Origin: Chrysomallon squamiferum
Taxonomy: Eukaryota > Animalia > Mollusca
DNA length: 64,000 bases
Assembly: GCA_012295275.1 (NCBI GenBank)
Contig: CM022669.1
Location: forward strand, 18,724,001 to 18,788,000
Direction: 5' to 3'
Below, piece by piece: positions 31,501-46,104 of this stretch (position 1 is the stretch's first letter; each line of letters starts with the position of its first letter). Below the pieces are notes generated by a model that saw nothing but the letters and a program-made list of their open reading frames with translations, was not told the DNA's origin and ran no database searches. A program made the position numbers and the translations under genes.

Positions 31501-31812
31501 CTGAAGCAGCAAGTAAAATTATCTCTTTATTAAACCGTCTAATCTGAATTTCGTCAGGAAATATTTGGCGAAAAGAAATCAGTTTATCTTCAGGTCGGTT
31601 CAGCGTTGAGTGAATTGTCTACAGAATGTTTCATCGTTTGCGTACGACTCACGCGAACATGGCTCAAACACGGCTGAGAGAGAACATGTTTGACCTGCGG
31701 AACCTTTTTCCGATGAAGAGCGGTCTTTCATGTCCCAAAGATCAATGATTATTTTCCAATCGCAATTGACATTACGGCTGCAAGCATTCTGGCAATTTGC
31801 TCCAAAAATCAA

Positions 31813-31851
<39 letters not shown>

Positions 31852-32576
31852 AGAAGAAAATCCAAGATTTCGTTGATCTATGGACATCCATCCATACGCG
31901 CTCGTTTCCTGTTAGAAAAATTTGCCGTGTTTAGAAACTGATGTTCCTTGTGTCTATGCAGATTCAATCAGCAGCCTCGCAGAAAATTCCTCGTTATCTT
32001 AAACAATGCGCGCTCAGCGGATTACCAAAGTGCAACGAGAAACAATTCCATCAATTGTGAAGTTTTCGACATTTTGTTGTCCGCAAAGAAAACACTATTT
32101 ACTGCTCATGCATAATTCACGAGGATCCTTGCTGAGAGAGAACATGGAAACACCGGCGTGTGCAGAAGACGTCACGCGATTCCAGAGCAAGAAGGGACAA
32201 CGAATGTATCACTGGAAAAACACGCGGAAGAAATTTATTTATGAAAGCGGCGTTCGGGGAAAATGTTATGGTAATGAAAAAGTGATTGAGAGAGATCGGG
32301 AGTGAGCGAGTATGTTTGATGGGTGTATTGTTAAAAAACAAACACAGGAGTTCCCCGTGATAGCCGTTTGTTTGTTGACTGCTAAATGTTATGAAAATAA
32401 ACATTTTTGAGTTGTCGTCTTTTTCTGTTTGTGAGAATTTATCACGTGTAAATAAAATATTAAAATAAAAAATAAAAATAAATGAAATAAAAATTTAAAG
32501 AAAGAAAGAAATAAAGAAGAAATGGAAACAAAATATTAAATAAATAAATAAATAAATAAATAATAGTAACATCTAA

Positions 32577-32630
<54 letters not shown>

Positions 32631-33317
32631 CAATTCTTATTAAAGTAACAAAACTCATATCAGTTAAAAACGTTGGAATAGATTTACATTTTACTTCTTT
32701 TTTTTTTTTTTTTTTTTTTGTAAATTATTATAATTTTCTTCTTTCTTTCCTTTTTATTATTACCTTATTTTCACAACTGTCTTTTCATATTTGACACTAT
32801 TTGGCAGACACTTATTGGAAACAAGAAACTGGCGGAGTAGTTGTCAAAACATATTTGCAACCTTTGTACACAGTGACGTACACAACCGCGGGACACCTCT
32901 CAACGCGAATGAATTACCTGCTCTTGTCACGCTCTTCAGAACAATGAAGTCTCAAAAATCCAAGGTGTGATTCACGGAACAAAACTTAATTCTTTAGAGC
33001 GGCGCGTAAGACCCCCTGAACAACGTAGAAACGTTTGAGACTAATCAAGTCTCGCGAATTTCCCACTGACTGACTGTCAGTTTTTGTTTTCTTCATGGAA
33101 GACATTTTGAACCTGAGTCTGGTTTTGTCTCATAGTGATTTATTTTTTTAATTTTATTTTGTTTTATTTTATTTTTACGTATTTATTAAACATTGTTTTA
33201 TTGTTCTATTAAAGTAATTCGTTGGAAGTGAATTTTTCATTTAAATGTTTTATTTGTTAAACGATGCGATTTCTTATTAAAAGTATTTGTTTTTTGATAA
33301 TTTAGAGTATTCGAATC

Positions 33318-33530
33318 CAGTGATTTACAAAATGTAAACATTTTTAAAATTATTCCAGTTTAATAATTTATAAATGTAAACATTTTAAAATTATTCCTGT
33401 ATAATGATTAACAAATGTAAACATATTAGAAAAATTTATGTCTAATAATTTACAAATGCAAATATTTTAAAAATTATTTCTGGCATTTGATTTACAAATG
33501 TAAACATATTAAAAGTATTCCTGTCCATTT
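33318..33530. repeat. Minisatellite, 41-42 bp unit x5, with one forkhead consensus site per unit
   Basis: TGTAAACA at 33333, 33375, 33416 and 33499; TGCAAATA at 33457. Confidence 0.9.
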
Positions 33531-33879
33531 TGATTTTTAAGAAGTTGTTTTGTCCAGTGACTTACAAATAAGAAATGTCTAAACCTCCACATATTAGAAT
33601 TTTATACTTGAATATTTTTAAATTTTTTAAATTAGATCTTACTATTTTGAACAACTCCTGATAGTTAAGTTATTCAAATACAAACCAACACAAATCTTTC
33701 TGGATAGTTATTAAAAAAAAGGATTATTTTCAAAAATCAATTAACCAATTAATATATAACCATATCTCGCAACAGCAGCTTTTATTCCAATTTATGAATC
33801 GTTTCACCAAAACACCATCCAAAATCTGTATTATTATTATTATTATTATTATTATTTATTTAATTATTATATTTATTTT

Positions 33880-33914
<35 letters not shown>

Positions 33915-34489
33915 TTTTTTATTTTATTTTTATTTTTTTTTTTATTTTATTTATTTATTTATTTCTATTTTATTTATTTATTTTATTTATCTATTTCTTT
34001 CTTTATTTCTTTCTTTCTTTCTTTCTTTATTTATTTTTCACCCTAAAGGTATGAATAACAAACAAAATATCGTGCTTCTCTGTACACATGTCTTTCGAAT
34101 GTCTCTCTCATCCATTTTACATCACCAGGTCGAGAAATCCACTGACCTGCATGCATCGTGACAGCGCCAGAAGCAAACAGACAGTGGAAAGAGAGGTGAC
34201 GACTGACAGGCAATTCTGCTGGGACTTGCGAGATCAAACGAGGGCAGTTCAGTATCACTGCAAAGCCAGTGTTTTTACCGATGTATATTTAATAGCAGTA
34301 CACAAGCAGTGCATTGAGCGCCAAACGAAAAGTGAGAAGTGAATGATATTTATTATTTATCGACACGCAGGGATATGTGATGAAGTGAGACGTGTGAAAC
34401 AAGCAATTTCTTAACACGTTCAACTTACGTTTAAGAAAGAACGTTACTGTAACTTCTTTTATTAGTGTTAGTGGAATCTACTGCAACTA

Positions 34490-34580
34490 TTACTACTAAT
34501 AATACTACTGGTAATACCAGATACAACAACAACAACAATTACTACTACTAACTACAACAACAACAACAACAACAACAACA

Positions 34581-34663
<83 letters not shown>

Positions 34664-35060
34664 AACTACTACTACTACTACTACTACTACTGCTACTACG
34701 GCTATCAATATTACTACTACTATTTTTACTACCACTACGATTAATAAAACTACTGCTGCTGCTACTTCTACTACTATTACTATCAATACAACTACTGCTA
34801 CTGCTACTACCTCTAATGTTATTTTTATCACCAATACAACTATTATTACTACTACTTCTATTATTACGACTATTACTATTTGTACTACGATTACTATTAC
34901 TATCATTGCTACTTTTGCTACTAGTATAGTGACTGTTATTATTATCTGGAGTAGTCTACTGTTGTATTAATATTATACCTACAATACTTTTACTGCGATA
35001 ACTCCTACTGCTGATAATACTACTTCTACTACTACTACTACTACTATTATTACTATTATA
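34490..35060. repeat. (ACT/ACA)n trinucleotide low-complexity region
   Basis: Direct reading; explains the poly-V ORF. Confidence 0.95.
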
Positions 35061-35654
35061 AACAGTAATAATAATAATAATAATAACAATAACAATAACA
35101 ATAACAATACACTGCCTGTTTATGTTTACGCGATGAACATGCTGATGTTTTTACTTTTCTTAATAGTCAGACATTTTAGTTTTTAATTTTTAATGTTTTT
35201 AATTTATTGATCTTCAAAGTTTTTTTTGCTTTCAGAGTCACATATCAAGTAAAAACCAGAAGGAGACTCAAAGAACCGGAATAAGTATGAGATGGAGGAA
35301 AATGAAAGGATAAATTTAATCTCTGTAACTGTGTGTGTGTTACGTAGATTTAACATGTAAAATTTTAATGTTTCAGCTTTTGAACATCTGGTTTTTTTTC
35401 GTCTCTCTTGTGTCCATCGACGAAGATCGATCCAGCGAACCACTTCTCCTTCTCTTCCAGTTCCATATTTTTATTTATTTATTCATTTTATTATTAGTAA
35501 TTTTTTTTAAAATAATTATTATTTATTTCACTCTAATTTTTCTACAGTATTAAATGGAAATGCGAATGTTTCAGATGTTTGACAAATATATTGCTATCCT
35601 TTCTACTATTTTATTTTATTTTATATGTTTATTTATTTATTTATTTATTTAATA

Positions 35655-35689
<35 letters not shown>

Positions 35690-36309
35690 TTTTATTATTA
35701 TTATTATTCTTTATTACTTTTATTATTATTATTATTACTTTTATTATATTATTATTTTAATTATTATTATTAAAATTGTTGAATTTTGTTTCGATTATTT
35801 TAATTTTTTAATTTTATTGCTTTTTTTCATTTTTGTTTTGTTTGTTTGTTTGTTTACTATAAATTTCTCCTTCACACACCAAAGTGTTGACGTTTGACTG
35901 CATTAATTTAATTATCAAGACTTTAAAAATAACTTTTTGAATTCAGTGGTGGAACATTGGTAATAGTGACGATGTAGTCGTAGTGTTGTGAACATTAATA
36001 ATGGTGATAATGGTAGTAATAATATAGTAGTAGTAACAGTAGTAGAAGTAGTAGTAATAGCAGTAGTAGAACTAATAGCAGCAATAGTAGTAGTGGTAAT
36101 AGCAGTGGTAGTAATAGTAGTAGCAGAAGTAATAGTGGTAGTTGCAATAGTAGCAATAGGAGTTATAATAGTAGTGGTAGTAGTAGCAGTAGTTATAGCA
36201 GTAGTAGTAACAGAAATAGTCATAATAGATACAAAAAGCTGAGTCATAAAAATAACAGCAGTAATAGCAGAGTACTAATTTAGATAAGAGTTAAAGTAAC
36301 GAAGTCTAA

Positions 36310-36506
36310 ATGTGTTACGTCTGTTGAATATTTAAGATTATGAGAGAAGAAATCCGCCAGTGGTCTTCATAATCACCTTACCAAAGATTGTATCAGGACC
36401 TGACAAGGTTGTAACGGGAAATGTTCGAATCAGTGCACTGAGTGGTATTGATCCGACAACCTGTCAGTATCTCGCCAGTGGTCAGCGTTCTAAATCAATA
36501 GTTTAC
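36310..36506 (-). mobile_element. Degenerate tRNA-headed SINE remnant
   Basis: The minus strand has A-box-like TAAACTATTGATTTAGAACGC and B-box-like GGATCAATACC. The body segments (plus GAGAGAAGAAATCCGC and GGTTGTAACGGGAAATG) recall molluscan tRNA-SINEs from memory; not verified by search. Confidence 0.4.
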
Positions 36507-36601
36507 TGTTATGAGTAAGAACTGATAGCGACATGCTCAGTGGTTAGTGTTTTTTTTAATAGCAATATCAATACATACTACTACTACTACATCTACTACT
36601 T

Positions 36602-36645
<44 letters not shown>

Positions 36646-37066
36646 ACCTCTACTATTAGTGCAACTACTGCTACCGCTGCTACTACTACTACTACTTCTA
36701 ATACTACTGGTGCTACTGCTGCTACAACTACTATTACCGCAACTACTACTACTACTGCTACTACTACTACGAAGAGTAAAGTAAACCAATACTTTTAAAG
36801 CAACAACATTACAATAATTTCGTCTATTTCTGATACTGTAACTATCTTTTCTTTGTAACCAGTTCCATTTCAGAACACAGGATGTTTGATTTTCTTTAAA
36901 TACCTCACAGTTGTTACAACACGTTTTACGTTTCTCGTAACAGAAAAGCCACGAGGCGCAGTTTTGTCCGCTGAAAGATCAATCACGTTTCTTTGCACAT
37001 GTTTATCATGTTAATAATAATAGTTTATTTTTATTTTTATTTTACTGGGTTTTCTTTTTTTAATTA

Positions 37067-37113
<47 letters not shown>

Positions 37114-37151
37114 TAAATATTTCTAAAATTCTTTTTTAATTTAAATTTTAC

Positions 37152-37195
<44 letters not shown>

Positions 37196-37200
37196 TTTTT

Positions 37201-37361
37201 ATTTGACAAAGAAATACATTTTCTAACAGGAAATGTCACACATGGTTGCTGTCTGGCTTCACAAGCCATAACACCTTCGAGAAACACTTAGCAACAAACG
37301 AGAATAACAACAAACTGCGCAGGATATTCACTGGAATTAAATTGTAATATTCATTTCATAG
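37201..37361 (+). repeat. Dispersed direct duplication, copy 1
   Basis: 37221-37361 aligns without gaps to 40893-41033, about 10 mismatches by hand count. Confidence 0.92.
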
Positions 37362-37473
37362 CTGTTTAATTTTAATTTTTTTTATAATTTAAATGTAGAA
37401 ATGGAGATAACTAACTAACTAAATAAATAAATAAATAAATAGGTATATAAATAAATAAGCAAGGTAGTGACTG

Positions 37474-37521
<48 letters not shown>

Positions 37522-37675
37522 GCTAGCTAGCTAACTAACTAACTAAATACGTAAGTAAATAAATAAGAATTAAACAAAAATTATTAAATTATTTTAAGGA
37601 ATAAATTTACCGAGTTAACACAAAATATGTAACAAAAGACGTTTTTTATTTAATTTCTAAAATTTTATGATTATT

Positions 37676-37707
<32 letters not shown>

Positions 37708-38484
37708 TATTATTATCATTATTATTATTAATATTATTTTAGTATAATTTATATATGTATATATAAAATTTAAAAATTAAAACTCTTTAGTACGTAATTA
37801 ACTCTAATTGTTTACTAACTCTGTTGCTGTGTAACTGTTTTTCTTTTCCCTCCGCGACTTGTTGTTGATGTCTTATCACTTACTTCTGTGTGGAAAACAA
37901 AGTGACAGCTAGTTAGGAGTGGTAGGTGATAATAAGAAAGCAGATGTTCAGATTTCGGATAAGCGAAAGATTTTTGGCTGATAATGACACACCACAAGAC
38001 GAAAGCTTTTCCCCCAGAAGCACAGCGTCCCTGGATCAAAAGACAGTAGTGGAATCCTTGGCGAAAACTGTTCCGAGGACGTGATCGAAACACATTAACA
38101 TTTATTAATATGTATTAATGCAATCTGTAATCATAATCTTCTATATAAAAATCAGTAATCCAGCACAGAAAGGGACTGGTTATGGAAACATTTATTTCTT
38201 TAAGGGGGTTTTTCGTTACAGAAGCTGCGGGTAAAAGGGATCGAAAACCATTGGCGGTCTCTGTGGTTATTTTTCGAGATTTCTTAGCGTTATTAAGATA
38301 CAATATGCAGCGTGAAGGTATCGAAGACTTTACTGGAAATTTGGATAACGTTTAGTTCTTTTGTACTGCGAGGCAAACATCTATCAGAGTTTTGAAGTTA
38401 TAACACACACTTAAAACGTTTCAGAGTTCAAACAATGCTTGTACGTTCGCACAAACGCTATAAATAAATAAATAAATAAATAAG

Positions 38485-38800
38485 CACACATACATACATA
38501 CATATATACATACATACATACATACATTCATTCATTCATACATACATACATACATACATACATTCATTCATACATACATACATACATACTTATAAACATA
38601 CATACACACATGCATGCATACATACAAATATACACACATATACACATACATACAAACATACAAACATACACACATACACACATACACACATACATACAAA
38701 CATACAAACATACACACATACATACACACATACAAACATACACACATACACACACACATACAAACATACACACATACAAACATACATACATAACACACAC
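38485..38800. repeat. Compound (CATA)/(CA) microsatellite
   Basis: Direct reading. Confidence 0.95.
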
Positions 38801-40083
38801 AGAAACATCTGTCTATTAACGATAGCATCAAAGAACAGTGTTGAAGTAAATTCAATTTTTTAAAAATGTTTTATTATTTTTATTATTTTATTAAACAGTA
38901 TTTACGTAATTGACTTTTGTTTTCATGTTTTATTTCATTATTCAGGACATTTATCTTAAATTTATCTGTATCTGCTCTTTATGTTCGTCGGAATTTGTAT
39001 TGTTAATCGTCTTGGAACTGAGTAATTCATTCCCAAAGTTTGAAATGGGGAAAGCTAAATTGGAAAGGCCTCCCGAAATACAAAGCATAAGGCTGCGCAA
39101 TTTTTAACCTTTATATTTGTAGGAAATAAACAAGTCTGACAGACAGACAGACAGAGAGAGAGAGAGAATGAAAACAAAATGTTTGTATATCTCATTTAGT
39201 CTATAGTTCATATGTAGATTTAAAATACAGAAGAAAAAAAAAAATATATCAATAAACTGGTACATATCAAGGATTATTGTAAATTCGCTTATAATTTCTC
39301 GAAGATATGTTTCTTTATTATAAATCTTAAGATTTTTTTTTTCTCCATTTTTCTGGCTATTTAGCTGTTTGTCCCCCGTTTTTGAGTTTGGATTCAGTGA
39401 AAAATTAATAAATGGATAACACATATATAAAAAAAAACAGATATTTGTTCAAGTTTTATATAATTATTAATTAAAATATATTATTTTATTTATGCATTTC
39501 CTATCCAGACAGAGATTTGTTTTCTCATAACTGCTCAAATAATTGCCTATTTATTTTTTGTTACAAATATTCTTCATGTATTTCGGTTGAGATTATAAAA
39601 AAAATATATATATACATATGTATAATTACACACACACATATATATATAAATTTTAATTTTAATTTCTAAATTAATTTGATGTAAATATAGCTTATTGCAA
39701 TAGATATAGAATCAATGCGTTGTCAGTAAAATATATTTTTAAATATACTTATATGGTACAGAATCTTCTGGATATCCAGTCCAACATAGTGGGGGTTTTT
39801 CTGTGTGTGTGTTTCCTTCATCATATTTTTATTTGTTTATTTAATCAGGTATGTATATATATATATATATATATATATCCACGGTGAAGTGTTCCCCATC
39901 TGGGTTTGGTGCTTGCACTGGTCTGTTGTGATCTTATCTCACTCCTGTAGTCAGAGTGTGATGTACTTGCACCTATTGCGTTATCAGTTTCCTGAGTGAA
40001 TCACACATTTCACATATTATCTGAAATTTGCAGAAAATTATGTGTATTTTCAGATGATAATCTTATAATATATACATATACAT

Positions 40084-40159
<76 letters not shown>

Positions 40160-40250
40160 ATAAATACATAAATATTATACAAATATATATATATATATGT
40201 ATGTATGTATATATGTATGTATGTATGTATGTATCTATGTATGTATGTAC

Positions 40251-40291
<41 letters not shown>

Positions 40292-40616
40292 TTGATATAA
40301 AATAGTCAATATATAAATACATATTTGTAAAGATTTTTTATTATCTGTATCTCTCTATCTATTTAATTATCTTTCTGTCTATCTGTATATCTCTATCTAT
40401 CTTTGTCTATCCACATTTATTTATTTTGTTACCCATTTGTTTGTGCTTTAATTAATTCATTTCTAAGATCATTTGTATTTCTAACGTAGTAAGAAAAACT
40501 ATTAATAAAATATTTAGCTTTAAACTTTTGTCTGTCTTTGCATTGCTGTTTTATCTGTTTCAGGTTATACACGAGAAAGTGTATTTACAGTCATTACTAC
40601 TATTATTATCAAAACG

Positions 40617-40666
<50 letters not shown>

Positions 40667-40703
40667 AATTACTAACTTATTATTATTATTATTTTTATTA
40701 TTG

Positions 40704-40734
<31 letters not shown>

Positions 40735-40848
40735 TATTATTATTAGTTTTATTTTTACTTTTATTTTTATTACTATTACTATTACTAAATTATTATTATC
40801 ATTATTATTATTATTATTGTTATTATTATTATTATAATTATACTTTTC

Positions 40849-41033
40849 ATTTGACAAGGAAATAAAAAAAAAAAAAAAAAAAAAAAAAAATTCTCTAACA
40901 GGAAGTGTCACACATGGTTGCTGTCTGGTTTCACAAGCCATAGCAACTTCGAGAAACACTTAGCAACAAACGAGAATAACAACAAACTGCGAAGGATATT
41001 CACTGGAATTAAATTCTAACCTTCATTTCACAG
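40849..41033 (+). repeat. Dispersed direct duplication, copy 2 (with an expanded A tract)
   Basis: Shares ATTTGACAA...CTAACAGGAA.TGTCACACATGGTTGCTGTCTGG...CACTGGAATTAAATT with copy 1. Confidence 0.92.
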
Positions 41034-41536
41034 GTTTCTTGTTTTTTTGTTTTTTTTTAAATCATTTATTTATCTGTGCAAAGCGAATTGCTAATAATCA
41101 AGCTAGCAGCGAACTCAACAAAAGCTGCAGATCTCGGGGATCAAACGCCGTTGGTGAAACAAATGACTGATAAAAGATTTTCAGAGAAATGGTGGATTCT
41201 GCGTTCAAAAGACATCGTTGATGAAAATAATGTCCGTGTGAATGGAACACTTTCTACATCTGACTGCCTTGGTGTTTCAGTGAACTGAGTAACAGCAATA
41301 TAATAAAAATAATGATGATGATGATGATGATTATAGTAATAATGATGATGATGATGATGATGGTTATGATAAAATAATGATGATGATGATGATAATAATA
41401 ACTAAACTCATGTAAAGCTTTGACTGATATATTCACTTTTAATGAATGCTTACAACTGAAATGGGAGAGATAATTTTAATGGTTCACGTGTTTAAAATGA
41501 CCGTTGTTTTGAAAAATCATTTCGAATGCATCACGT

Positions 41537-41573
<37 letters not shown>

Positions 41574-42869
41574 TTATATACATATCCCTCTCCCTCTCTC
41601 TCTCTTTCTCTTTCGCTCTCTCTCTCTCTGTTGCTCTATATTCACTATGTATGTGAGTGCGTATATGTATGTGTATATACACACACACACACACACGTAA
41701 ACATGTTACATAAGGTAATGGCTAATGGAGAGAAAATTTGTTTAATGTATTTTGAATGCGGAAGCGCATCATCTCTTTACCGTAGCCATCGATACACATT
41801 GTAGTCGTGGTATCACGGCGTTGACAACGTGACAGCGGACGCAGATGCGCCGACCCACGCGTAGCACGCTGGAGGAAGTTTAATATCTACGTGTTACCAG
41901 TGTAATAATAATAAAAAAAAGAACGCTAACCAGTGTGACGTTTATTGTCGTGTACTGGCGTTATCGCCAATAATCAGTTTATTACTTATCCTAATTTATT
42001 TATCGTTATCAGCTAATACGTTACTGCATATCCATGACGTTTAAAACCCCTATTCTATTAAAAAAAAAAACGAAAGAAAAAAAAAATTAATAATAATAAT
42101 AATAATAATAATCATCCCCCCCCAAAAAAAAAAAAAATAATAATAATAAAATAAATTCAAAATCGAGACTGTTTCGTTTGTAGACAGTTTACAAACATTT
42201 CCTTTGACGAGCTCACAATAATGTTTATATATCATTAGTCACTGGGCTCGGTTGGACGAGTCGAAATTACAGCAATATTCTGCGAATGCATTGTACAAAT
42301 AATACGTTTTAATATTCACTGGGGTGCACCGTACGTCAATCTTCTGACTACACAAAGCGCTGATTCAGGGACTCAGAGCGGCTCTCTACATCCACAAGTC
42401 ATCCAAACAGTGCGCTGAATGAAGATAAATTGTGAGGCAATTTGCCCTGCCGAATCCTTTATTGACTCAACTAGGCTGTACGCACAATAGACACCCCGTG
42501 TCTAAAAGGAGCAATTACCGCTTGATTTTCCTATACAAAACGAATGCGTCGTTGGACTACAAACATCACTGGGACGAGCGGGACAGCTGAAATGTTGCAG
42601 GCGAAGGTAAAGACTGGTAAACAGCTTAGTGACTGACTGGTAGATGACGATCGTGTTATTGGATGCTGGATTTTGTTTGTGCTGCGGTGGTGATAATGAT
42701 GATGATGATGTTGACGACGATGATGATGTTGTTGTTGTTGTTGTTTGTGTGTGGCTGTGTTTGTGTATATTTGTGTGTGTTTGTAGTGTGTGTGTGTGTG
42801 TGATTGTGTATGTATGTATGTATGTTTGTAACTGTCTATCTATTTATCTATTTATATATATATATATAG

Positions 42870-42974
<105 letters not shown>

Positions 42975-43362
42975 TATTTGTGCGTGTTTGCTTGATTGTG
43001 TAAGCTATATGTAAGTACGTCTCAAAACTCTTACCACTGTATGTGTTACCACTGTATGTGCTACTTTCTTATCTTTATTTTAACTCGTTCGTTCTTTTCC
43101 CCTTTTACTGAATGCTCCTTTTTTATTAGCATTTCTGTCTTTATCTGCTAATCCCTTTCTTTCATAATTTAAGCAGTGCACTGTTACTAAAGAGAGTTCG
43201 CCAGATTTCGAATACAAGGAAATAATAAATATTTTATATTTTATAAGGTGTAACTTCGTGCAGGTAATTTATTATTTTATTGTTTTTCTTTGTTATTTAA
43301 ATTTTTCTTTATTTATTTAGTAATTTGTTTTCTTTTTATTGCTGGTTTCTTTTCAAGCTCTG

Positions 43363-43409
<47 letters not shown>

Positions 43410-43428
43410 TATATTTATATATATATAT

Positions 43429-43483
<55 letters not shown>

Positions 43484-45020
43484 TTTTATTTATTTATTTA
43501 TTTATTTGTATTGTGAATTATTTGATCATTATCAAATGAAAAATATTTTATTAATATTTTATTAAAGTAAGTAAACAAATAAAATCAATAAAAATACTCC
43601 ACTTTCTAAGCCTTTTTCTAAAACAATCGTGAAGTAAATGAAAATCCGATAACATGGTCCCACAATAGTATACTCGAAAACCAAACACAACATCTAAACC
43701 TATTAAAAAGATGGAAGAAAAAGAAACAAACACAAAAAACACAAATATAAAATTGAAAATAATAATAATATAATAAAAACAACAACAACAACAACGACAA
43801 CAACCATAAAAAAAAAAAATAATAATAATAAAAATATCAGTGACGATGACGATGTTGATGTTGATGTTGATGATGGTGATCATTATAATAATAATAATAA
43901 TACAAGAAGAAGAAAACATAACTGTCATGTAACGTACAATTAATCTCAAAACGTGAAGCCATATATACAACCATCGATTAATTCATTCAGAAACGAAACG
44001 AAATCGAATCAAATATCAACTCGATGTCATCAAGATGACCGTTTCTCTTGACCATCATCATCGTCAACTTGTCCGCGGACACTGGCTGAAGTGTTTCAGC
44101 AACTCGTTAATTTACCGTGTAACCGGATTACACGTCAGCGACGTCTTCGTTCCCTCTGTTTCGAACCAACACGGTAATCTGGCAGAGAGGTTTGGCTGCG
44201 TCTCCTTCACGAGAGATTTTGTCTTTTTTTTTTGCTTCTTGTTTGAGTTTTCAGCCCGTGGAGATGAGTCAAAACACACTCACTGGAGTCTTCGCTGGAA
44301 AACGATTCCCTCTTTTCTTTTCTTTCCGTGGGTTCCAAGAAAGCAAGATCTGATGATCGTTTTATTTTATATAATGTAATTTTAATGCGTAGTTTGTTTG
44401 TTGTTTTGTGTTGATGTGTTCCTTGTCTGTGTGTGTGTGTGTGTGTGTGTTCCTGTGTGTGTGTGTGAATCTCGAAAATATTTTTTTCTCTCTCTCAGAT
44501 ACAAAATTACACACGTGTTGATGATGGATGGAGAGATAGATGGATGGATGGATGAATGGATGAACTCATGGATTTTTAAATGGACTGAATAACTGGACGA
44601 ATGAATTCTGAGATAAAAAAAGGGATGATATTAATAGGGAAAAAAAGAAGATAAATGCAACTAATAGACCTAAAGACAGACAGACAGACATACAGGCAGA
44701 CAGAGAGATAAACACACAGAAGCAAAAACACCTGTTATTAGGCTTCTTGTCTCTAATAATTCAAGCACATATATATTGCATTACGTGTATCTTCCAAAAT
44801 CTGATAAAAAATAAAACTGTTCTAAAGTTAAAATTATATTAAAAAAAATCTCATAACCATAACATCTTATTATAATTTTAAAAACATGTTTCAATCATAT
44901 TTTTCCTTTTTTCTAGTATAAAAGAAACATGAAAATCTACTACAGTTCTATTTCTTTTAAAAATGTTACTTACTATTATCATTAAAAACACACATCCATT
45001 CACTTGAAGAACAGAGGACA

Positions 45021-45092
45021 CCAAGGTCAATCCTCGTGTATGGATCCATATCTCCGTCTTCTGTTTATGTGACGTGTACGGGTCAAAGGTCA
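45021..45092 (+). promoter_or_regulatory. Nuclear receptor motifs: CCAAGGTCA and a DR1 element GGGTCAAAGGTCA
   Basis: Consensus matches at 45021-45029 and 45080-45092. Confidence 0.3.
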
Positions 45093-45359
45093 AGCTGTGT
45101 CTTCCAACAGTCATCGTTTTTCTAGTTGATAATCAATTCTGATTAAAATGTTGTCAGTTTCTTCTTTGAATCTCCGGCAAAATTCTGTTGTATATTTCTA
45201 TGAAACTCATATCTGTTGTTATTGTTGTTGTTGTCGGTTATTATTTTTATTATTATCATTATTATCATCATCTTCGTCATTGTTTATTTATTTATTTATT
45301 TATTTATTGTTGTTGTTGTTCCTGTTCTTTATAAATAAATAAACAAATAAATAAATAGC

Positions 45360-45473
<114 letters not shown>

Positions 45474-46058
45474 TATTATTATTATCTGAAATAACAACTT
45501 CAAATACCAATAAATACATAAATACATACACACATACATACATACATATATATATATATATAAAACAGTCGAAAAAACTAACTAAACAAACAAATAAATA
45601 AAATAAATAAATAATGAACTAACTTCATAAAAACATACAAATGAATAAAATAAGAGTTTCTTCTGATAGCCTATAAAAAAGTAGAAACAAACTGAACAAA
45701 CAAAAACAACTGCTGGCTAAATGAATTAGTAATAACAGCTCTTAAACGACTGGTGTCTGTATGCAGGTGAAGACACTGACAGACAATTGGCCCACGTGCT
45801 TATTCTAGGCCACACGTTTATTTTCTCGTGGGTAATATTTCATTAGTGCGTAATGCGTGCCTACAGAAATGGAGATAACTATAAATAAATAAATGAAGTA
45901 GTAAGTAAGTAAATGGAAATGAATAAATAAAGAAAGAAAGAAAGAACGAAAGAAAGAAAGAAAGGAGAAAAATTAGATAAGTAAATAAATAAATAAATAC
46001 ATACATACATACATACATAAACAAATAAACAATTAAATAGATAGACAGACAGACAGAC

Positions 46059-46104
<46 letters not shown>

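Noticed and set aside
37201-41033. Direct repeats as LTRs of a TRIM/LARD element
   Set aside because: No primer-binding site, polypurine tract or target-site duplication was seen, and the similarity boundaries do not fit clean TG...CA ends.
43031-43060. 15-bp tandem duplication TTACCACTGTATGTG x2
   Set aside because: Real, but most simply a slippage or repair duplication with no further structure.
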